Shown piece by piece: positions 19,037 to 28,250 of a stretch of DNA of 64,000 bases. Within the stretch, counting starts at the first letter, position 1. Every line of letters begins with the position of its first letter. Below the pieces are notes generated by a model. The model saw only the letters and a program-made list of their open reading frames with translations. It had not been told where the DNA came from and made no database searches. The stretch is from Nitrospirota bacterium. Lineage in GTDB: Bacteria; Nitrospirota; UBA9217. The stretch spans positions 320,001-384,000 of the forward strand of contig CAVUCU010000004.1 of the NCBI GenBank assembly GCA_963740085.1. Direction: 5' to 3'. A program made the translations under genes and the position numbers.

Positions 19037-19091
19037 ATTAATTGAAATTTCATACCCTCTTCATACTCCTGTAATACCTTTTCTGTATCAT
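19037..19091 (+). promoter_or_regulatory. Pho-box-like promoter 5 (distal, lipid operon)
   Basis: ATTAAT/TTTCAT/CTTCAT/TGTAAT at 19037,19048,19059,19070; -10 TATCAT at 19086. Confidence 0.78.
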
Positions 19092-19149
19092 TGACCAAAC
19101 CCTGATTCGCCCCCCAATATTCCTATTTGCGAAAGCACAAATTATTATT

Positions 19150-19204
19150 CTTAACACAAATTTAATGTTATCTTCATACTATTGTAACAACAAAAGTATA
19201 AGAT
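19150..19204 (+). promoter_or_regulatory. Pho-box-like promoter 6 (proximal, probably leaderless)
   Basis: CTTAAC/TTTAAT/CTTCAT/TGTAAC at 19150,19161,19172,19183; -10 TAAGAT at 19199, 7 bp before the ATG. Confidence 0.78.
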
Positions 19205-19211
19205 ATTTTCA

Positions 19212-19904
19212 ATGCTTCTGTGCGATTTTCATATTCACACTACCTTTTCGGACGGGTCGGTTGAGATAAGGAAAACGATCGATCTTTTCGGACAGGCAGG
19301 CTTTGATGCCATCGCCATTACGGACCATGTCGTGAACGGCGATAACGTGATGGGTAAGTTCGCGCGACAGTTCAACCTGTCAATTCGGGGCGATAATTTT
19401 GATGAATATCTTTCCGCAGTCAGGTCGGAGGCGGCGCGGGCATGGGACAAATACGGGATGCTCGTCATCCCGGGTGTCGAGATCAGCAAGAATTACATAT
19501 CGAAGGATCATTCAGCCCATCTCCTCATTCTCGATATCAAAGAATTCATCCCCGCCTGCATGGACTACGAGGAGATCTTTCTCGAAGCTAAGCGCCAGGA
19601 AACCCTGACCGTTGCGTGTCACCCTCACCATACCCCGGATATGGTAAACAAAGACACGCTCTATCTCTGGAACAACCGAGACAAGTATGCAAAATATATC
19701 GATGCCTGGGAGATCGCGAACCGGGATGACGTTTTCAACGTGATCAGTCTGAAAAAATATCCTTATATTGCCAACAGTGATTTCCACAAAGTGCGCCACC
19801 TCTACTCGTGGAAAACACTGCTGAACTGCGAAAAGAACATCGACTCGGTCAAAAACTGCATAAAGCACAATAAAGGAGTCGCAATCACGCTCTTCAGGAA
19901 TTGA
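19212..19904 (+). CDS. PHP-domain phosphoesterase
   Basis: DFHIHT..SDG, AITDH, PGVEI, HP, NSDFH. Confidence 0.88.
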   Translation: MLLCDFHIHTTFSDGSVEIRKTIDLFGQAGFDAIAITDHVVNGDNVMGKFARQFNLSIRGDNFDEYLSAVRSEAARAWDKYGMLVIPGVEISKNYISKDHSAHLLILDIKEFIPACMDYEEIFLEAKRQETLTVACHPHHTPDMVNKDTLYLWNNRDKYAKYIDAWEIANRDDVFNVISLKKYPYIANSDFHKVRHLYSWKTLLNCEKNIDSVKNCIKHNKGVAITLFRN

Positions 19905-19954
19905 ATGATGATGGATCAAACATCTCATAAGCGCCACACTCAGGGAGGAACCGC

Positions 19955-21193
19955 ATGACCATATTTACCATATGTGCTGCGATCTCAATTGTAGGGATCA
20001 TTCTCTACCTGCTTCAGATTGGAGCAACGTATTCACTCTTGAGAAAAAAGCCGAAACCGGACGCAGGAATAACGGCGAGCAAAAAGGATCATACCCCGTC
20101 GGTGTCGATCTTGAAACCCCTTAAGGGACTTGACGACAATCTATTTGACAACCTCGAAAGCTTTTGCACCCAGGATTATCCTGAGCACGAAGTTCTTTTT
20201 AGTCTTCAGGACCTCAATGATCCAGCCTATAAAGTAGCAAAAAAAGTACAAGACAAATACCCTGACCGGGACATATCTATCATAGTTGAAAAGTGCAATG
20301 CCGGTCTCAACCCGAAAGTAAACAACCTCATCCCGGCATATCGCAAAGCCCGTCATCCCTATATACTTATCAGCGACAGCAATGTTATGGTTGGCAACCG
20401 CTATCTTCGGGAGATTGCCCGATATACCCGGGACCCGTCGGTCGGGCTTGTCAGCAACCTCATCCAGGGCGTTGGCGGTCGCAGTTTCGGCGCAATTCTT
20501 GAGAACCTTCATCTCAATTCTTTCATTATGGGCAGCGTCACCTTTCTGGACAGGTTCCTTGGAATGCCCTGCGTTATTGGAAAGTCCATGCTCATGAAAA
20601 AAGTCGATCTGGAGGCGTTGGGAGGGCTGATTGCCTTCAAAGATATCCTGGCCGAGGACTTCATTATTGGCAGAGAGATGCAGAAGAGCGGGAAACAAGT
20701 GGTCCTGTCGAACTATTTGGTCAGCAATGTCAATGAGTACTGGGGCGTCAAGAGATTTCTGAATAGACATACGCGATGGGGCAAACTCAGGTGGAAGATC
20801 GGCGGAGCAAAATATTTGTCCGAACTGCTTGCCAATCCGGTAGTTATGGCGACATTGCCCATTCTGCTCAAGGGGCCGTCGCGCGAAACACTCTCATTTG
20901 CGGCCTTCATAGGACTTATCAAGGTCCTCGGCGATTTCATGCTCGGAAGAAAGATCGAATCAGCAGCACATGCGGATTTTCACAAACAATCACCACTCCT
21001 CTATTTCCTCTCTCCGATCAAGGATCTGTTCATCGGGGTACTGTGGTTCATCCCTCTTTTGAGTTCAACGGTAGTCTGGCGGGGAAATCGGTATGTGATC
21101 GGACGCGATTCCCGTTTGTCGCTCTGTCCGGAGACCGGCGTATGGTCCTGGGGCTATCGTATCACGGACAGTATTCGCGCCCGGATAGCATAA
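19955..21193 (+). CDS. Ceramide glucosyltransferase/HpnI-like glycosyltransferase (GT21/GT2 type)
   Basis: N-terminal TM, VSILKPLKG, GLNPKVNNL, ISDSN, LAEDF, RHTRW, VVWRG. Confidence 0.88.
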   Translation: MTIFTICAAISIVGIILYLLQIGATYSLLRKKPKPDAGITASKKDHTPSVSILKPLKGLDDNLFDNLESFCTQDYPEHEVLFSLQDLNDPAYKVAKKVQDKYPDRDISIIVEKCNAGLNPKVNNLIPAYRKARHPYILISDSNVMVGNRYLREIARYTRDPSVGLVSNLIQGVGGRSFGAILENLHLNSFIMGSVTFLDRFLGMPCVIGKSMLMKKVDLEALGGLIAFKDILAEDFIIGREMQKSGKQVVLSNYLVSNVNEYWGVKRFLNRHTRWGKLRWKIGGAKYLSELLANPVVMATLPILLKGPSRETLSFAAFIGLIKVLGDFMLGRKIESAAHADFHKQSPLLYFLSPIKDLFIGVLWFIPLLSSTVVWRGNRYVIGRDSRLSLCPETGVWSWGYRITDSIRARIA

Positions 21194-21230
21194 GCGCGTG
21201 ACGGATCGATCAGTCAAGGTAGGGGGAACT

Positions 21231-21647
21231 GTGCAGCGGAATAAACGAAAAGTCCTTTTGATGGAAGATGAAGAATTACTGAGGTCGGTTACGCAGAGCG
21301 CTCTCGAAAAAAAAGGATATTCAGTACAGGTGATGGGAAACGGTGAAGAAGCAATCGAGGGTTATCGAAAAGCAAAAGAGGCCGGTTGTCCCTATGATGC
21401 AGTAATTGTGGATCTGAACATCCCGCACGGCAAGGGGGGCAAGGAAACAATCAAAGGTCTGCTTGAACTGGACCCTGATGTTAAGGTCATTGTATCGAGC
21501 GGCGACATTCTCGATCCGGCGCTGACGAACTTCAGGGATTACGGCTTTATCGGGAAACTGACAAAACCCTTCACCCGCGAAGAGCTGTTCGGGGTACTTC
21601 ACCGGGCGCTCGATGCGAGGGAAGGGGCTGCGTCAAAAAGATTCTAA
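21231..21647 (+). CDS. Single-domain response regulator
   Basis: LLMEDEE, VDLNIP, SSG, KPF. Confidence 0.85.
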   Translation: MQRNKRKVLLMEDEELLRSVTQSALEKKGYSVQVMGNGEEAIEGYRKAKEAGCPYDAVIVDLNIPHGKGGKETIKGLLELDPDVKVIVSSGDILDPALTNFRDYGFIGKLTKPFTREELFGVLHRALDAREGAASKRF

Positions 21648-21711
21648 ATAATTGATCGGACGGAATGAGCTGTGGAACGAGGCATCATGCTGTTGGAGGG
21701 GGTAATGCAAA

Positions 21712-23559
21712 ATGATGAATCAAGTACAGACAACCCGGATCTTCAACCTCAACCTTGCTTTCAGAGGCCCGTTGCAGAACAGACTTCTTTCACTGGTTAA
21801 GGGGCCGATTGAACATGTCATTGGTTTGCAACGGTTGAACCTTTTTTACGATGACGTAAGCAGGATGCCTGACAAACGTCCGTTCCCGGACAAGGTCCTG
21901 GATCGCTTGGGCGTGCTCTACGATATTCCTGAAGAGGACCTCTCGCGGGTCATGATTCCCAAAGGTCCTGTGATCGTTGTGGCAAATCATCCCTTTGGGC
22001 TCATAGAAACCGTTATCCTTGCTTCGATCCTACGCTCGATGCGCTGCGATGTCAAGTTCATGGCAAACTCTCTGTTGAACGCGATACCGGAAATACGGGA
22101 CTTATTGATATCCGTGAATCCTTTTCCGGGAAAGACTTCGGTGCGAGACAACATCAGGCCGCTCAGAGAATCCATCCAATGGGTCAGGAACGGAGGCATG
22201 CTCGTGGTATTTCCCGCTGGCACGGTCTCTCACTTTGGTGCACGGAAAGGCGTCATCACCGATCCTGAATGGAGCCTGAGTATAGCGCGCATTATCAGGA
22301 AAACCGGGGCGCCGGTGCTTCCGGTGTTCTTTCAGGGGACGAACAGCGCGGCATTTCATATAGCGGGCATGGTACATCCTGTTCTTCGCACGGTCATGCT
22401 GCCGAATGAACTGTTTAACAAGAACAGCAGAAAGATTCAGGTGCGCGTCGGCGATCTTGTGCCAATTGGGAAGTTAGAGTCCTTTGATCAGGATGACGAT
22501 ATGACTGCGTACCTGCGGTTGCGAACTTATATACTGGAGTATCGCGGCCATAAAGAAGAAGTGCCCAGCATTGGGGCATTTATTCGAAAGGCAAAAACCG
22601 AGGCGTTTGGCGAGATCATGCCGCCCCAGAACCCGGAAGTCATGGCCGAGGAGATCCGCAGGCTGATGCCGAGCCAGACACTCGTTGAGAGCAACGAGCA
22701 TGTCGTGATCCAGGCGACGACCGACCAGATACCTCACCTCATGCTCGAGATCGGCAGGCTGCGGGAGGTCACCTTCCGTGTCGTGGGCGAGGGGACGGGA
22801 AAGGCTGTTGATATTGACCGGTTCGATAGCTCCTATACCCATCTCTTTATCTGGAATCGGGTAAAAAAAGAAGTGGTCGGCGCCTATCGCCTCGGCAGGA
22901 CCGATGAGATCATCAGACAAAAGGGAGTGAGCGGCCTTTACACGAGTTCCTTATTTCGTTATAAACCAGGATTTTTCGAACAGATGGGGCCTGCTCTGGA
23001 AATGGGACGGTCCTTTATCCGGCTGGAATACCAAAAATCCTTTGCACCTCTCCTGCTTCTCTGGAAAGGCATCGGCAGATTCGTTGTCGAAAACCCGCAA
23101 TATAAAACCCTCTTTGGTCCCGTAAGCATCAGTGATGAGTACCGGCAGCTGTCAAGGCAACTTCTGGTCAGTTACCTGAAAATGACCCGGTACCGCAGCG
23201 ATATGGCCGGCTTCGTCAAACCCAAAAATCCCTTACTTGCAAAACCGCTAAAAGGCTGGGACATCGATGCCGCGGTCCGGCTTCTGAAGGACGACGTGGA
23301 GAACATATCGGAGTTGATCTCCTGCGTGGAATCAGACCGCAAAGGCGTCCCGATCCTGCTGAAGCAATATCTCAAGCTGGGTGGCGAGATCGCGGGTTTC
23401 AATGTCGATACCGCATTCGGAAATGTCGTTGATGGTCTGATCATCGTCGATTTGACGAAAACTGAACCGCGAATACTGGATCGGTACCTTGGCAAGGACG
23501 GCGCCCGCATGTTTCTTGACCATCATGAAGCAATGAAACGGGATTGTCTTGTCGCCTGA
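21712..23559 (+). CDS. Bifunctional lysolipid O-acyltransferase / GNAT N-acyltransferase (OlsF-like aminolipid synthase)
   Basis: N-terminal PlsC-type NHPFG and FPAG; C-terminal OlsB-like IGRLREVTFR..GEGTG..D.DRFD, VGAYR, EMGRSF. Confidence 0.82.
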   Translation: MMNQVQTTRIFNLNLAFRGPLQNRLLSLVKGPIEHVIGLQRLNLFYDDVSRMPDKRPFPDKVLDRLGVLYDIPEEDLSRVMIPKGPVIVVANHPFGLIETVILASILRSMRCDVKFMANSLLNAIPEIRDLLISVNPFPGKTSVRDNIRPLRESIQWVRNGGMLVVFPAGTVSHFGARKGVITDPEWSLSIARIIRKTGAPVLPVFFQGTNSAAFHIAGMVHPVLRTVMLPNELFNKNSRKIQVRVGDLVPIGKLESFDQDDDMTAYLRLRTYILEYRGHKEEVPSIGAFIRKAKTEAFGEIMPPQNPEVMAEEIRRLMPSQTLVESNEHVVIQATTDQIPHLMLEIGRLREVTFRVVGEGTGKAVDIDRFDSSYTHLFIWNRVKKEVVGAYRLGRTDEIIRQKGVSGLYTSSLFRYKPGFFEQMGPALEMGRSFIRLEYQKSFAPLLLLWKGIGRFVVENPQYKTLFGPVSISDEYRQLSRQLLVSYLKMTRYRSDMAGFVKPKNPLLAKPLKGWDIDAAVRLLKDDVENISELISCVESDRKGVPILLKQYLKLGGEIAGFNVDTAFGNVVDGLIIVDLTKTEPRILDRYLGKDGARMFLDHHEAMKRDCLVA

Positions 23560-24691
23560 ACGCAACGCGACCATGGACACCGGCAATGATGCCGTGGAGC
23601 CGACGCTGTCGCGCCGGCCGTCATGGATAGGTCCGCTCTTCAGAAAAATGATATTTCTCATACCGCTCGGGGTTATTGGTAATGTGGTCTTTGTTCTGCT
23701 TGCGACCGACGGGTCTCTGTTCCGCTCCGTGCCCGGTTTTTCACCGGGATATATTATCATCGCCATGCTTCTGAGCATTACCCCCTGGTTCATGGGGTCG
23801 CTTCGGCTGCTGCTCTGGAGCAGGTTCCTTGGGAACAGATTTCGTTATCGTGATACGTTCAGGATAGCGCTCGGAGCGGAGCTCGGCGCGGCTATAAGCC
23901 CGCCCATGATCGGAGGAACCGCTGTAAAAACCTGCATGCTGATGCAGCAAGGCCTCTCCAGCGGCGCGGCTCTGTCTCTAACCGTGATCGAGAGCGTTGA
24001 GGAAAGTTTGTTCTTCCTCCTCATGGTACCGCTCGCCATCACGCTTTCGTCATCCTGGGACCTGCCGGTGATACAGGGTCTGCTGTCCGGCATCCGCCAT
24101 ACATCGCCCCGGATGTTCCTTGCGGGAAGCGGGGTTGCCTGTACTGCTGTCCTTGTGCTGGCACGACCGCGCTTTCGAACGCTAGTAATGCGGTTTCGGC
24201 CGTCGGCTCGCTTCATAACAATGATAGGGTCGGCATATCATAGGTTTATCCTGACATGGAGAACCATCATGTGCAGCGGAAAATCGGTCTTTGCTCTGAC
24301 CTTTGTGTTGACAGCTGCCCAGTGGATCTGCCGGTATGCCGTAATTTCCCTGCTGCTCATGAGCCTTGGGCTCCCGGCACAACCTGTTCTCTTCATGTCA
24401 CTGCAGGTCCTTGTGTTCGCACTCATGTCGTTCATACCGACGCCGGGAGGGGCAGGCGGCGCTGAAGCGGTATTCTATCTCTTTTACCGGCCCTTTCTCG
24501 CCGCGGATTCCATCGGCGCGGTGATCATGGGATGGCGATTTCTTACGTTTTACTTTCTCCTGCTTCTTGCCGCGGTCCTTTTCCTGATCATGAAAAGGCC
24601 GAAGCCGGAATCATTGTCTGTCATTCAGGACAGCGGATCGGAGCAAGCCGGGCCGACGGCGCATCGGGTTACTGGTCTTGCCGGAGAATAA
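23549..24691 (+). CDS. Lysylphosphatidylglycerol-synthase TM region (UPF0104/MprF flippase-like) protein
   Basis: Multi-TM; ISPPMIGG, IPTPGGAGGAE, WRFLTFY. Confidence 0.82.
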   Translation: MSPERNATMDTGNDAVEPTLSRRPSWIGPLFRKMIFLIPLGVIGNVVFVLLATDGSLFRSVPGFSPGYIIIAMLLSITPWFMGSLRLLLWSRFLGNRFRYRDTFRIALGAELGAAISPPMIGGTAVKTCMLMQQGLSSGAALSLTVIESVEESLFFLLMVPLAITLSSSWDLPVIQGLLSGIRHTSPRMFLAGSGVACTAVLVLARPRFRTLVMRFRPSARFITMIGSAYHRFILTWRTIMCSGKSVFALTFVLTAAQWICRYAVISLLLMSLGLPAQPVLFMSLQVLVFALMSFIPTPGGAGGAEAVFYLFYRPFLAADSIGAVIMGWRFLTFYFLLLLAAVLFLIMKRPKPESLSVIQDSGSEQAGPTAHRVTGLAGE

Positions 24692-24723
24692 CATAGCGCG
24701 CGTTATCGTAAAATTCCGCCGGA

Positions 24724-25575
24724 ATGATGCTACTGCCACGCAGGTTGATCACAAAGGAGATGATCATGAAGTCAGTTCAGGATGAGGTTGTAAGCGTTAA
24801 AATGCCATTACCGTGCATATCCGCCATCCCGCGATCACCGGGAAGATCCCTTCCTGCGGCCATGCATGATGATTCGCCCCTTCAAGGTATACAATCGCCT
24901 GTCATTGCCCAGGCTACCCGGGAAGCAGGGTCGACGCTGTATGAACTTCTGGGCATGGCCGAACTTCTCCGCGTGGCATACGAAAAAGGGGAACTGGAAA
25001 GCGCTCTAAACAGGCTTGAGATCATTTTGCTTCAGGCCGGGGTGCTCTCGTCAACACTCTCAATGATCACCGAATTTTCCCGAAAGGGGTTTAAGCCGTC
25101 CGAGACGACCAGTCAAGTCTTCGATATCGTTGCGCTTTTGAAGGAGGTTTCCCATGCCGCGCGAGCGCTGGTACAGGACAAACCAATAAAAGTGACGGAT
25201 GATGCCTGCACAACGCCCTTTTTCATCAATTCCGATCCCGCTAAGATCAGGAGGATCATGACTGGTCTTATGAGCAATGCGGCATCATTCACCGACCGGG
25301 GAAGGATCGCAATGATCCTGAACAGGGATAAAGATGAAGTCAGACTTACCATTGCCGATACCGGTAAAGGGATGGTGCAGGAACAGATCGATGCGATCTT
25401 GTCGTTATCTGATCATGAGCATGACATTGAAAAGAACGCCCCTTTGCCACGCTGTCCAGGGTTCCCGATCATCAATAAACTGATCAAGCAGCTGCGAGGC
25501 AGCCTTTCCATTGCAAGTAAAACAGGCGAGGGTACGATCGTTACCGTTTCTTTACCACTGAAGAGTTCTTCATAA
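24724..25575 (+). CDS. Degenerate histidine kinase (HATPase domain, no phospho-His)
   Basis: SNAASFT, DTGKG, GEGT present; H-box reads REAGSTL; G2 box degenerate. Confidence 0.7.
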   Translation: MMLLPRRLITKEMIMKSVQDEVVSVKMPLPCISAIPRSPGRSLPAAMHDDSPLQGIQSPVIAQATREAGSTLYELLGMAELLRVAYEKGELESALNRLEIILLQAGVLSSTLSMITEFSRKGFKPSETTSQVFDIVALLKEVSHAARALVQDKPIKVTDDACTTPFFINSDPAKIRRIMTGLMSNAASFTDRGRIAMILNRDKDEVRLTIADTGKGMVQEQIDAILSLSDHEHDIEKNAPLPRCPGFPIINKLIKQLRGSLSIASKTGEGTIVTVSLPLKSSS

Positions 25576-25652
25576 AAGAGTTTCGCATGTCACCTGCCCC
25601 GGCAGTCACGTGGACGCAGTCGTGAGCCCTGCCTTCCATACGCATATCTTCT

Positions 25653-25707
25653 TGTAACCAACATTTAACCCAGGCTTCATACTCCTGTAACAGAATCGGG
25701 GTATAGT
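25653..25707 (+). promoter_or_regulatory. Pho-box-like promoter 7
   Basis: TGTAAC/TTTAAC/CTTCAT/TGTAAC at 25653,25664,25675,25686; -10 TATAGT at 25702. Confidence 0.8.
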
Positions 25708-25753
25708 GAGACTGCTAATTTCAATTAAATGCAAAGATTGGGACCAGGGTTTT

Positions 25754-26929
25754 ATGAAAAAACAAATCCTTATTGTTGAAGATGAAAATGATTGTGCAGA
25801 GCTCCTTACGTATAACCTCCAAAAAGAGAACTATGAAGCGGTGATCGCGCGCAACGGGAAGGAAGCAATAGAAGCCGTGCAGCGGCAAATGCCGGATGTG
25901 GTCCTCCTGGATGTCATGATGCCCGAGCTTAACGGCTGGGAAGTTTGCCGTATTTTGCGCGAGAGTACAAACGGAAAATCGCTGCCGATCATCATGCTGA
26001 CCGCGCTGTCCGAAGAAGAGGAGCGCGTCAAGGGCCTCAGCCTTGGCGCCGATGATTACCTTTCCAAGCCATATTCCGTGAAAGAACTGCTGCTGAAGAT
26101 AAAGAAATACATTGACCGGCAGGAAACGATCAAAGAGCTCGTGGCCCGTGAGCAGGAACAGGACACAGCCCTGCAATGTTTAGTGCATGAATTAAAAGGT
26201 TCAATACATGTCATTGGCGGATTTTCATCACACGCTCTCAGACAGGATACTTCGAATAAACATCTTCAGACCATTAATACTGTCGCCACCCATGCAGAGC
26301 GCCTGCTTCGCGACGCACCGCTTCTGTCCCGGCTTGAAACGAGAGGAAAGAGCCTGCCGATCAAACATGTCGACGTCGATCAACTGATCAGTGAACCGGC
26401 TGATTTTATTCATGTTGTGCCAAATGTCAAGGTGGCGCATCAGCTGGTTAATGCAGCATCGCTCATTTCTGAAATTGCGGATACCGCCCGCATGCTCATC
26501 GGGAAAAAGCCGGTGACTGTGGAGGTCAAGACGCTTGCACTGTCCGTGATGATAAGCACGGACAGCGTCAGGCTCAGGCAGATCCTCATTAATCTTGTGA
26601 GCAACGCAGCGAAGTTTACCGAACAGGGTAAAATTGTAATCACCCTGTCTGTCATCGGAAGCTGGATGGAGATTGCGGTCAGCGATACGGGTGTCGGAAT
26701 AAAAGAAGAGGACCTGCATAAACTCTTCACCGCCTACGGCAGGATCGAGGACGCAAAAACCAAAGAACAGAGAGGGACGGGGCTTGGTCTGGCAATCAGC
26801 AAGAATCTCGCCGAGCTCCTCGGCGGTACGATATCAATTACGAGCTTCTATGGAAAAGGTTCAACCTTTGTCCTATCACTGCCGTTGCAACAGGCGGACG
26901 GCCAGAGAGGACTTTATAGTGCAGAATAA
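25754..26929 (+). CDS. Hybrid response regulator / histidine kinase (REC-HisKA-HATPase)
   Basis: PhoB-like receiver (LDVMMP, IIMLTA, GADDYLSKP), VHELKG, NAAKF, DTGVG, GTGLGL; ATG 25754 preferred because GTG 25706 overlaps the -10 box. Confidence 0.87.
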   Translation: MKKQILIVEDENDCAELLTYNLQKENYEAVIARNGKEAIEAVQRQMPDVVLLDVMMPELNGWEVCRILRESTNGKSLPIIMLTALSEEEERVKGLSLGADDYLSKPYSVKELLLKIKKYIDRQETIKELVAREQEQDTALQCLVHELKGSIHVIGGFSSHALRQDTSNKHLQTINTVATHAERLLRDAPLLSRLETRGKSLPIKHVDVDQLISEPADFIHVVPNVKVAHQLVNAASLISEIADTARMLIGKKPVTVEVKTLALSVMISTDSVRLRQILINLVSNAAKFTEQGKIVITLSVIGSWMEIAVSDTGVGIKEEDLHKLFTAYGRIEDAKTKEQRGTGLGLAISKNLAELLGGTISITSFYGKGSTFVLSLPLQQADGQRGLYSAE

Positions 26930-27036
26930 CAAAATTCTCCCCTTAGGATGCTTTTCGATGAAATATCCGATGCTGCATTTATGCTGGTCGTTTTAAGTAA
27001 CAGTAACGTAAGACAATGAGGTTAACACAAGAAATA

Positions 27037-27093
27037 TTTAACAAAATCTTAATAAACTTGTAACAATCATGTAACAATTGAATGGTATAAGAT
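27037..27093 (+). promoter_or_regulatory. Pho-box-like promoter 8 (pstS)
   Basis: TTTAAC/CTTAAT/TGTAAC/TGTAAC at 27037,27048,27059,27070; TATAAGAT at 27086. Confidence 0.88.
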
Positions 27094-27124
27094 AACAATT
27101 CAAAATAAAACAAGGAGGAACAAT

Positions 27125-28135
27125 ATGAAAAGAAGTTTAATGGTTGCATTGGTAGTAATAGGCCTGTTGTCTTTCAATCTGGCACAGGCGGAAGAGATGC
27201 TGAACGGCGCAGGGGCAACGTTTCCGTATCCAGTTTATTCTGCATGGGCCAATGAATACAACAAGGTAACCGGCGTGAAGCTGAACTACCAGTCCATCGG
27301 CTCTGGCGGCGGCATCAAACAGATCACCGAGCGGACAGTTGACTTCGGCGCATCGGATAAGCCGCTCAAGCCCGAAGAGCTTGCCAAGGACAACCTGCTC
27401 CAGTTCCCGGCAGTCATCGGCGGCGTTGTGCCGGTGGTGAATATCCCGGGAATCAAGGCCGGAGAATTACGGCTCGATTCAGAAACAGTTTGTAAAATCT
27501 ACCTTGGTGAAATCAAAAACTGGAACGACAAGGAGATCAAGGGACTGAACCCAAAGCTGAATCTCCCGGGCAATGAAATCACCGTTGTGCACCGCTCCGA
27601 TGGTTCGGGTACGACGGCCATCTTTACGGATTATTTGAGCGATGTTTGCCCAGCCTGGAAGGAAAAAGTCGGCACCGGCACGTCGGTGAGCTGGCCCACC
27701 GGCATCGGCGGCAAAGGGAACGAGGGGGTCGCCAATTATGTTCAGCAGCAGATGAACTCGATCGGGTATGTGGAATTCGCCTATGCCAAGCAGAACAACC
27801 TGACCCACACGGTCCTGAAGAACCACGCCGGCACCTTTGTGGAGCCGAGCTTCGAGAGTTTTGAGGACGCGGCGGCAACGGCCAGCTTCGACCCCAAGAA
27901 GGACTTCTATCTTTGGCTGAATGATGCCCCGGGGAAAAAATCCTGGCCGATCGCAGGCGCGACGTTCATTCTTCTTGCCAAGGAGAAAAAGGACTCAAAC
28001 ATGAAGGTGGTAAAATTCTATGACTGGGCGTTCAAGAACGGGGACGCAAAGGCGAAAGAGCTCATTTACGTGCCGCTTCCAAAATCGCTCAAAGACAAGA
28101 TAAAAGGCTACTGGAAGTCGAACGGTATTCAGTAA
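27125..28135 (+). CDS. pstS: Phosphate ABC transporter substrate-binding protein
   Basis: Signal peptide, GAGATFP, NYQSIGSGGG, DFGASD, RSDGSGTT, GKGNEGV. Confidence 0.96.
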   Translation: MKRSLMVALVVIGLLSFNLAQAEEMLNGAGATFPYPVYSAWANEYNKVTGVKLNYQSIGSGGGIKQITERTVDFGASDKPLKPEELAKDNLLQFPAVIGGVVPVVNIPGIKAGELRLDSETVCKIYLGEIKNWNDKEIKGLNPKLNLPGNEITVVHRSDGSGTTAIFTDYLSDVCPAWKEKVGTGTSVSWPTGIGGKGNEGVANYVQQQMNSIGYVEFAYAKQNNLTHTVLKNHAGTFVEPSFESFEDAAATASFDPKKDFYLWLNDAPGKKSWPIAGATFILLAKEKKDSNMKVVKFYDWAFKNGDAKAKELIYVPLPKSLKDKIKGYWKSNGIQ

Positions 28136-28170
28136 ACCCTTTGCAAAGCGATAATACCCTTTAACCAATA

Positions 28171-28209
28171 CGGGTCAGGTATATATACTGAAAATACCTG
28201 ACCCGTTTT
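28171..28209 (+). terminator. Stem-loop after pstS (terminator or mRNA stabiliser)
   Basis: CGGGTCAGGTAT...ATACCTGACCCG followed by TTTT. Confidence 0.7.
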
Positions 28210-28250
28210 CTTTCTTTATTTATCTTTCGGACAAGCGGAAAGGTCATGCA

